DNA from: Clostridiales bacterium
GTDB lineage: Bacteria > Bacillota > Clostridia > Christensenellales > Pumilibacteraceae
NCBI GenBank assembly: GCA_014799665.1
Contig: JAAVHP010000010.1
Span: 40,085 to 72,084 of the forward strand
Length of the DNA stretch: 32,000 bases
Direction of reading: 5' to 3'
The stretch's first letter is position 1. Every line of letters begins with the position of its first letter. The translations under genes were made by a program, and so were the position numbers. Below, piece after piece: positions 16,193-23,256 of this stretch. A model generated the notes under the pieces. The model was not told the origin of the DNA. It saw nothing but the letters and a program-made list of their open reading frames with translations, and did not search any database.

Positions 16193-16222
16193 ACGGCTAT
16201 ACCGAAACATTCGATACAGCCG
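16193..16222. terminator. Bidirectional terminator hairpin, a near-copy of the one at 28629
   Basis: ACGGCTATACCGAAACATTCGATACAGCCG between convergent genes, with T-rich flanks on both strands. Confidence 0.6.
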
Positions 16223-16248
16223 CCCTTAATTTTTAATTATTAATTGAT

Positions 16249-17898
16249 TTACATTTTTTCGGGTGCGTCCAAAAGCAAAAGCTTCAACCCGTATTTGAGC
16301 GTATCCGCAACTCGGCTTGTAAGGAACAGCCGAGCGTTTTGCATTTCCCCGCCGCACATGATTCTGTCCGCGTTGTAGAACCTGTTAAACGCCTGACAGA
16401 TCTTGACGAGCCTGCGCGACACGATCGACGGCTCGTATTTTTCCGCCGCCGACAGCACGACGTCGTTAAAGTCGGCAAGGAGCTTTACCACCTCGTACGC
16501 CGCGTCGTCGGTGAGCAGCTTATGATCGGGCTTGACCGCTTTATACTCGGCTTTACCGAGCACCGAGCGGCAGCGCGCGTGCGTATATTGAACGTACGGT
16601 CCGGTCTCGCCGTCGAAGTTGAGCGCGTCTTGTAACGAGAAATTCTTGTCTTTAAGCCGACCGTCGTAAAGCGCGTCGAACACGACCGCGCCCACACCCA
16701 CACTTTCTGCGACCTGCGCTTTGTCTTTAAGATCGGGGTTGCGCTCGGCGATAATGCCGCTCGCCTTTTCGACCGCCGCATCGAGCACGTCGCTCAAATA
16801 CAAAATGTTGCCGTGGCGGGTGGAGAGCGCCATGCCCTCGACGGACACCATGCCGTAGCTGACGTGGACCATGTTCTGCGCAAAGTCCTCGCCGGCAAGC
16901 TCTAACACCTTGAAAAGCTGTTTAAAGTGCAGCGCCTGATGGCTCGCCACTACGTATAAGCATTTATCGAAGTTATAATTTTCATGCCGATAGTACGCCG
17001 CGGCAAGGTCGCGCGCAATGTACAGCGACGCGCCGTCGCTGCGCCGAACGAGCGCGGGCGGCATATCGTCGCCGAGCTCGACCACTTCCGCGCCCTCGCT
17101 GATTTTGAGCAGGTTTTTGCTTTTGAGCCTTTCCTCTACGCCCGACACCTTGTCCACGTAAAAGCTTTCGCCGAGGTAGCTGTCGAACTCGATATTGAGC
17201 CGCTTATATACCTTTTTCGCCTGTTCGAGCGTGATCGCCTTGAACTTTTCGAACAGCCCGACCGCGTACTCGTCGCCGCTTTCTATCTTCTTCGACCATT
17301 CGAGCGCCTCGTTATGCAGGCTTGCGTCTTTTTCTTCCTCGTTGTGGAATTTAACGTACAATTCGAGTAGCTCGTCCAGTCCGCGCTCGTCGAGCTTTTC
17401 CGCGCTGCCCCATTTGCGGTACGCCGAGATCAGCTTGCCGAACTGTGTTCCCCAATCGCCGAGGTGATTTATACCGACCACGCTCGCGCCGCACGCCTTG
17501 TAAATATTATAGAGCGCGCCGCCTATGACAGTCGTCATCAAGTGCCCGATATGGAAGGGCTTGGCGATATTGACCGACGAGTAGTCTATACAAATCGTCT
17601 TACCCGCAAGCGGCTTGCTTTCCCCGAGCGCGGCATTGAACGCGTTTTGAACGAACGCCTCGCGCTCTATCGTGAAGTTAAGATAGCCGTTGAGCGCTTC
17701 CACCTTCATGCCGTCGACCTTGACCTTTGTCGCCGCGTCGGCAGCTATCATTGCGGGGGCTTTGTGCAAAATCTTTGCGAACTTAAAGCACGGAATGCAG
17801 TAGTCGCAAAACGCGTCGGCGACCTGAACGTCGGCTATATCGAGCCCGTCAAGCACCTTCGCCGCCGAATTATATATCTGTTGTTTATAATCGCACAT
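16249..17898 (-). CDS. argS: Arginine--tRNA ligase
   Basis: HIGH-type motif PFHIGHLMTTVIGGAL. DALR anticodon-binding C-terminal region ending ...PEKM, as is typical for ArgRS. Confidence 0.92.
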   Translation of the reverse strand: MCDYKQQIYNSAAKVLDGLDIADVQVADAFCDYCIPCFKFAKILHKAPAMIAADAATKVKVDGMKVEALNGYLNFTIEREAFVQNAFNAALGESKPLAGKTICIDYSSVNIAKPFHIGHLMTTVIGGALYNIYKACGASVVGINHLGDWGTQFGKLISAYRKWGSAEKLDERGLDELLELYVKFHNEEEKDASLHNEALEWSKKIESGDEYAVGLFEKFKAITLEQAKKVYKRLNIEFDSYLGESFYVDKVSGVEERLKSKNLLKISEGAEVVELGDDMPPALVRRSDGASLYIARDLAAAYYRHENYNFDKCLYVVASHQALHFKQLFKVLELAGEDFAQNMVHVSYGMVSVEGMALSTRHGNILYLSDVLDAAVEKASGIIAERNPDLKDKAQVAESVGVGAVVFDALYDGRLKDKNFSLQDALNFDGETGPYVQYTHARCRSVLGKAEYKAVKPDHKLLTDDAAYEVVKLLADFNDVVLSAAEKYEPSIVSRRLVKICQAFNRFYNADRIMCGGEMQNARLFLTSRVADTLKYGLKLLLLDAPEKM

Positions 17899-17933
17899 AT
17901 GAACACTTGCTCACTTATTGTTAATCGGTGATA

Positions 17934-19025
17934 TTAAACGTTAAACTTGAACTCGACCACGTCACCGTCGCGCATAACATAGTCCTTGCCTTCGCTTCTG
18001 AGCTTGCCCGCCGCTTTGACCGCGGCGATCGAGCCGCAAGAAACGAGGTCGTCGTAGTTGACTATCTCGGCGCGAATGAACCCGCGCTCGAAGTCCGAGT
18101 GTATCTTGCCCGCTGCCTTGGGCGCGGTCGTGCCGCGTTCTATCGTCCATGCGCGGACTTCCTTCTCGCCTGCCGTGAGATAGCTCATAAGCCCCAAAAG
18201 CTCGTAGCCCGAGGTTATAACGCGTTCGAGCCCCGACGATTTAAGACCGAGCGCGTCAAGGTATTCGGCGCGTTCTTCCTTGGGCAATTGCGAGATCTCG
18301 TTCTCCACCCTTGCGCAAATATCTATAACCGCCGCGCCGTCCGCTTTGGCGTACTCGCGCACGGCGTCTACGTACTTGTTCTTGCTCGCGCCTATATCGT
18401 CCTCGGATATGTTTGCGCAGTATATGATCGGCTTGGTCGACAGCAGGAACTGCCCGTCGACCGTGCTGAGCGTTTCCAAGTCGAGATTCATCGACCTAAG
18501 CGACTTGCCCGCGTTGATGCATTCTTCCATGCGTTTAAGAAGGTTGAGCGCTTCCGCAGCTTTCGGGTCGCCACTCTTGACCGTTTTTTCGAACTTAGCT
18601 TTGCGCTTTTCTATGCTTTCGAGATCGGCGAGCATGAGCTCGGTATTGATGGTTTCCGCGTCGCGAACGGGATCGACCGTGTCCGAAACGTTGATTATGT
18701 TCTCGTCGTCGAAGCACCGCACGACCTCGATTATCGCGTCGCATTCGCGGATGTGCGACAGGAACTTGTTGCCCAAGCCCTCGCCGTGGCTCGCGCCCTT
18801 GACAAGCCCCGCTATGTCCACAAACTCGATAACCGCAGGCACTACGCGCTTGCTGTTATACATTTTTTCGAGAACGGCAAGCCGCTCGTCGGGAACGGCT
18901 ACAACGCCCACGTTCGGCTCGATCGTGCAGAACGGATAGTTCGCGCACTCCGCGCCCGCCTCGGTTATCGCATTGAACAGCGTGCTCTTGCCTACGTTGG
19001 GCAGTCCTACAACACCTATCTTCAT
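17934..19025 (-). CDS. ychF: Redox-regulated ATPase YchF (Obg-family)
   Basis: MKIGVVGLPNVGKSTLFNAIT P-loop. 363 aa with a TGS-like C-terminus (DGDVVEFKFNV). Confidence 0.92.
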   Translation of the reverse strand: MKIGVVGLPNVGKSTLFNAITEAGAECANYPFCTIEPNVGVVAVPDERLAVLEKMYNSKRVVPAVIEFVDIAGLVKGASHGEGLGNKFLSHIRECDAIIEVVRCFDDENIINVSDTVDPVRDAETINTELMLADLESIEKRKAKFEKTVKSGDPKAAEALNLLKRMEECINAGKSLRSMNLDLETLSTVDGQFLLSTKPIIYCANISEDDIGASKNKYVDAVREYAKADGAAVIDICARVENEISQLPKEERAEYLDALGLKSSGLERVITSGYELLGLMSYLTAGEKEVRAWTIERGTTAPKAAGKIHSDFERGFIRAEIVNYDDLVSCGSIAAVKAAGKLRSEGKDYVMRDGDVVEFKFNV

Positions 19026-19080
19026 ATCAGCTCCAAAAAATTAATGATTATATTTTACCATATACAGGAAAATATGTCAA

Positions 19081-19132
19081 CTTACTTTCTTTTGAATAAA
19101 AGAAAGTAAGTAAAGAAATGTTGCTCTTTGGG
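19081..19132 (+). repeat. Truncated copy of the hairpin-led repeat
   Basis: Perfect 13-bp stem CTTACTTTCTTTT-GAAT-AAAAGAAAGTAAG. The 25-nt core is identical to 23101-23125. It is followed by TAAAGAAATGTTGCT, then diverges. Confidence 0.65.
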
Positions 19133-19165
19133 ACTCATTAAACTCTATATCACATAATTTTATCA

Positions 19166-19260
19166 AATAATGTGATTTTTCTCGCATTATTTTAATAAAT
19201 TATGTGATTTTTCTCGCATTATTTTAAATTATGCTTGATTTCCCTCACAAAACATGATAA
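19166..19260 (+). repeat. Tandem ~32-bp direct repeats (2 exact cores plus 1 degenerate) flanked by inverted ATCACATAAT boxes
   Basis: ATGTGATTTTTCTCGCATTATTTTAA is identical at 19170-19195 and 19202-19227, with a degenerate third unit at 19228-19260. The inverse box ATCACATAAT occurs at 19149-19158 and 19274-19283. Confidence 0.8.
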
Positions 19261-19297
19261 ACTTTATAATATAAATCACATAATCGGGAGGCGGACC

Positions 19298-20611
19298 ATG
19301 TTTAGGGAGATATCCAGAAAATTAACGCAATGGAAATTAGGTCAGAAGCGAAAACCGCTTATATTAAAGGGTGCCCGCCAGGTCGGCAAAACGTGGGCGC
19401 TCACAAGTTTTGGTAATAGTTTTATGGACGGTTTTGCTTATTTCAATTTCGAAAAACAGCCCGAACTCAACCAACTGTTCGAAACGACCAAGGACGTCAA
19501 CCGTATATTATCCAATCTTTCGCTCGCTAGCGGTAAAACAATAACGACAAACACACTAATTATATTAGACGAAATACAGTGCTGCGGCGCGGCGCTTAAT
19601 TCGCTTAAATATTTCTGCGAGAACGCCCCGCAATATCCTATTGCAAGCGCGGGCTCGCTTTTGGGTATAACGCTTGCACAAGGCTTTCCCGTCGGCAAGG
19701 TCGATTTCTTAGAACTCGGTCCGATGACTTTTTTCGAGTTTCTTTTGGCAAACGGCGATAGGAATCTCTTGGATTATCTTGATTCCATAGACACGATCGA
19801 GCAGATCCCGAATATGTTTTTTAACCCGCTTGTCGAGAAGCTCTATATGTATTTGACGATCGGCGGTATGCCCGAGGTCGTTTCCACATGGACGGAATTC
19901 GGCGACATAGAGCTCGCCGACAAAACGCTATCCAATATATTAATGTCGTACGAGAACGATTTCGGTAAACACGCCGACAAGACCGACGTGCCCAAAATTC
20001 GGTATATATGGAACTCTCTGCCATCCCAGCTTGCACGCGCAAACAAGAAGTTTTTATACAGCGCGGCAAAGGAAGGCGCGCGCGCACGCGAATACGAAAA
20101 TGCGCTTAACTGGATTTGCGACGCCGATATAGCGAAAAAGGTTTACCGCATAAGTAAACCCGGGTTGCCGCTATCGGCGTACGAGGATCTTTCAGCATTT
20201 AAGATTTATATGAACGACGTAGGACTACTGCGTAAGCACGCAAGACTGTCGACAAACACGTTTTTTGAGCAAAACGACGCGTTCGTCGAGTTTAAGGGCG
20301 CGCTCGCCGAAAACTTTATTTTGCAAACCCTAGAACGGAAATTCGAAACTTTCCCTCGCTATTGGGCGAACACGACCAACGAGGTAGATTTCATTATACA
20401 GTACGAAAACACGATTATCCCCGTCGAGGTCAAATCAAGCGCCAATATCAAATCAACGAGCCTTAAAAACTATATCAAGCTGTACGGCGAACAAACGCCG
20501 CTCGCAGTGCGGTTCTCGCTGAAAAATCTCTCACTCGACGGCAATATTCTAAACATACCTTTATTTATGGCGGACTACGCCGACAAGCTTATGCAAATCG
20601 CGCTCGGATAA
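19298..20611 (+). CDS. AAA+ ATPase of the AAA_14/DUF4143 (COG1373-like) type
   Basis: Walker A GARQVGKTW and Walker B LIILDEIQ. C-terminal EVDFII...IPVEVKSS restriction-endonuclease-like signature typical of DUF4143. RBS GGGAGG at 19286-19291. Confidence 0.8.
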   Translation: MFREISRKLTQWKLGQKRKPLILKGARQVGKTWALTSFGNSFMDGFAYFNFEKQPELNQLFETTKDVNRILSNLSLASGKTITTNTLIILDEIQCCGAALNSLKYFCENAPQYPIASAGSLLGITLAQGFPVGKVDFLELGPMTFFEFLLANGDRNLLDYLDSIDTIEQIPNMFFNPLVEKLYMYLTIGGMPEVVSTWTEFGDIELADKTLSNILMSYENDFGKHADKTDVPKIRYIWNSLPSQLARANKKFLYSAAKEGARAREYENALNWICDADIAKKVYRISKPGLPLSAYEDLSAFKIYMNDVGLLRKHARLSTNTFFEQNDAFVEFKGALAENFILQTLERKFETFPRYWANTTNEVDFIIQYENTIIPVEVKSSANIKSTSLKNYIKLYGEQTPLAVRFSLKNLSLDGNILNIPLFMADYADKLMQIALG

Positions 20612-20623
20612 CTAAACAATACT

Positions 20624-22606
20624 TTAAGCCAATAAAAAGTCTACGCGATCGCCCTCGACCTTATCAACTATAATATTCACTCTATCGCCTAAACAGAATA
20701 ATGCCCTACCGCACGAAATGCACATACGCTTGGGATCGAACGACGCCGCGGGCGGAAGCGCGCCCATGCGCACAAGACCCTCGGCGGAGTTTTCGAGCTC
20801 GACGAAGAACCCGAAATCGGTGACCGAGCTTATTATCCCCGAATATTTCTCGCCGATATGGTGCGACATATATTCGGCTTTTTTGTAATCGTCGACCTTG
20901 CGCTCGCAGTCCTGCGCGGTGCGCTCGGCTTTGCTGCTGCGCATGGACGCACTCACCACGAAGTCCTTGTACTTTACCGCATTCTTCGCACCGCCGCGCA
21001 ATACCGCTTTGATTATGCGGTGTATCGCAAGATCAGGATAACGGCGTATGGGCGAAGTGAAATGGCAATAGAACTTTTCGGCAAGCCCGAAGTGACCTTT
21101 ATTTTCGGGCTGGTAATCGGCTTTCTGCATGGCGCGGAGCGTGACCTTGGATACCGCCGCCGATATCTCCTCTGGAACACAATCGAGCAATTTAGCGACC
21201 TGTATAGGCTCGGGACAAAGCGGACAACGAAGGTTCGCACCCACCGCTTCGAGGTATTCGTTAAGCGCGCCGATCTTTTCGGGCGACGGTTTTTCATGCA
21301 CGCGGTACACGAACGGGAGCTTGCCGTCCTGCATTTTGCTAAACTTTTCGGCGACGGCACAGTTAGCGGCAATCATGAATTCTTCTATTATTTGCATACT
21401 CATCAGCCGCGTTTTTTTGGCTATATCCACTACGTGCCCCACGCTGTCGAAAACGATTTGCGTTTCGGTAAGGTCGAACTCTATCGAGCCGCGCTTTTCG
21501 CGTATCGCTATACGTTTTTGCGCGAGCTCTTTCATGAGTTCGAGCGACGGCACTACGCGCTCGTACCGCGCACGCAAATCGGTATCACCATCGAGCATAG
21601 CTTGTACGCCCGTATAGGTCAAGCGCGCCGACGAGCGAATAACACCCTCGCATATCTGCGCGTCCGTGCGATTGCCGTGCTCGTCGAAATCGATTATGGC
21701 GGCAAGCACCAGCCTGTCCACACCCTCGTTGAGCGAGCACAAGCCGTTGGACAGCTTTTCGGGCAGCATGGGAATAACGCGGTCTGCAAGGTATACGCTC
21801 GTTCCGCGCTGTAACGCTTCGCGGTCGAGCGGCGAACGCTCGGTAACGCACTCGGAGACGTCGGCTATATATACGCCCAGCCGATAACCGTTATCGAGCT
21901 TGTCTATCGACACAGCGTCGTCGAAATCCTTGCTGTCGCTGCCGTCGATCGTAAAGATAATTTTATCGCGAAAATCGCGGCGGTACGGTTTGCTCGCCTC
22001 GTCCGCGTCGATAATATCGGGGTACGCTTCGGCTTGGTCGATAACGTCGCGCGGAAACTCGGTGCGCAGGTTGTGCGACACTATAACGCTCTTAACATCC
22101 ATGCCGATCTCGTCGAACCTGCCGAGCACCGCCAATACGCCCGCTACGTCGCCGCGCGCCGACGGCATGATCTCAATGATCACTTTGTCGTGCTCGCTCG
22201 CGCCGTTAAGCGAAACGATTTCCAGGCTATCGCCGTAATGCTTATCGTCGGGCACGGCGCAGAACAGATTATTGCGGTAAACCACCGTTGCGACGATATT
22301 CAGCGGGTTGCGCTCGATTATACTTATGACCCGACCTTCGCGCCGCCTACCGCCCTCGCGCGCGGGTCTGTCGCCTATTATTATGGCGCGAACGGTATCG
22401 CCGTGCCGCGCGCCGCAAAGGTTCGTATTGGAAATGAACACGTCGCCCTTGGTCTTGTCGTCGCGCAAAAACCCGAATCGATCGCCTTTGCAATCGAGAA
22501 CGCCCTCGACCGCGGGAACGCGAGTATCGAAGTAATTGCTTTCACGCTTTGCGTGCCCGCCGCCGTAATGTTTATTGTGTTTGTAATGATTTCTATTGTT
22601 TTTCAT
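20624..22606 (-). CDS. rnr: Ribonuclease R (RNB family 3'-5' exoribonuclease with C-terminal S1 domain)
   Basis: RNB core (FTIDGSDSKDFDDAVS, HFGLA...YCHFTSPIRRYPDL) and S1 domain (GIISSVTDFGFFVEL). Conserved secG-rnr neighbourhood. Confidence 0.9.
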   Translation of the reverse strand: MKNNRNHYKHNKHYGGGHAKRESNYFDTRVPAVEGVLDCKGDRFGFLRDDKTKGDVFISNTNLCGARHGDTVRAIIIGDRPAREGGRRREGRVISIIERNPLNIVATVVYRNNLFCAVPDDKHYGDSLEIVSLNGASEHDKVIIEIMPSARGDVAGVLAVLGRFDEIGMDVKSVIVSHNLRTEFPRDVIDQAEAYPDIIDADEASKPYRRDFRDKIIFTIDGSDSKDFDDAVSIDKLDNGYRLGVYIADVSECVTERSPLDREALQRGTSVYLADRVIPMLPEKLSNGLCSLNEGVDRLVLAAIIDFDEHGNRTDAQICEGVIRSSARLTYTGVQAMLDGDTDLRARYERVVPSLELMKELAQKRIAIREKRGSIEFDLTETQIVFDSVGHVVDIAKKTRLMSMQIIEEFMIAANCAVAEKFSKMQDGKLPFVYRVHEKPSPEKIGALNEYLEAVGANLRCPLCPEPIQVAKLLDCVPEEISAAVSKVTLRAMQKADYQPENKGHFGLAEKFYCHFTSPIRRYPDLAIHRIIKAVLRGGAKNAVKYKDFVVSASMRSSKAERTAQDCERKVDDYKKAEYMSHHIGEKYSGIISSVTDFGFFVELENSAEGLVRMGALPPAASFDPKRMCISCGRALFCLGDRVNIIVDKVEGDRVDFLLA

Positions 22607-22663
22607 TATAACCTAAAAATATCCTGCCGAAATTCTCATTTCGATTATTCCCAAAAATTGCAA

Positions 22664-22690
22664 TAAAAACGGGGCTTTTACAAGCCCCTC
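22664..22690 (-). terminator. Rho-independent terminator after secG
   Basis: GGGGCTT-TTAC-AAGCCCC stem, followed on the minus strand by TTTTTATTG. Confidence 0.75.
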
Positions 22691-22700
22691 GAAGGTTTTA

Positions 22701-22997
22701 TTAACCACGGTAGATAACCAGTGACACGAAGAACAGGATAGCGAGCACAACCTCGATCACGCCGAGGATAATCGTTATCTTCTTCATCACCGATTCGAGT
22801 GACTTTGATTTATCTTTGGAATAGAAAGTGTCGCGCTGACCTGTCAACGCGCCCATACCGGACGAGGACGATGGCTGGAACATGATGACTATAATAAGTC
22901 CGATCGCGACAAGCACCATGAGCGCGATCATAACGATCCTGATGATCGGGAACGAGTCTACGACCCAACCCGCTACTGATAAAAGCGAGAACGACAT
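22701..22997 (-). CDS. secG: Preprotein translocase subunit SecG
   Basis: 98 aa with two TM segments and a central Gly/Ser loop (QPSSSSGMGALTG). GAGGTG RBS 5 nt before ATG 22997. Confidence 0.8.
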   Translation of the reverse strand: MSFSLLSVAGWVVDSFPIIRIVMIALMVLVAIGLIIVIMFQPSSSSGMGALTGQRDTFYSKDKSKSLESVMKKITIILGVIEVVLAILFFVSLVIYRG

Positions 22998-23098
22998 ATT
23001 CACCTCTACGCGCCCCACCTATACGACGGAAACGCATTTATCTAATTGATAACTGATATATTATATCACGCCATTAAACCAAAATCAAGCATTTTCCC

Positions 23099-23235
23099 AT
23101 ACTTTCTTTTGAATAAAAGAAAGTATACAAAGAAAAGTTATTGTTGTGTGTTTACTTAGGCGGTATTATTTCAGTACACCCAATTAGATTCGTAACGTTA
23201 TTAATATCATTACGCCACTCTATTATTCCTAGCGT
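23099..23235 (+). repeat. Hairpin-led ~135-bp intergenic repeat, copy B
   Basis: ATACTTTCTTTT-GAAT-AAAAGAAAGTAT hairpin, then ACAAAGAAAAGTT...GTGTGTTTACTTAGGCGGT...TACACCCAATTAGATTCGTAACGTTATTAAT...ACGCCACTCTATTATTCCTAGCGT. Collinear with copy A. Confidence 0.75.
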
Positions 23236-23256
23236 CTTGGCGTCAAACAATCTCCA

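Noticed and set aside
19166-19260. CRISPR-like array
   Set aside because: There are only two exact repeats plus one degenerate unit, directly abutting with no spacers. The repeats are AT-rich and non-palindromic, and no cas genes are nearby.
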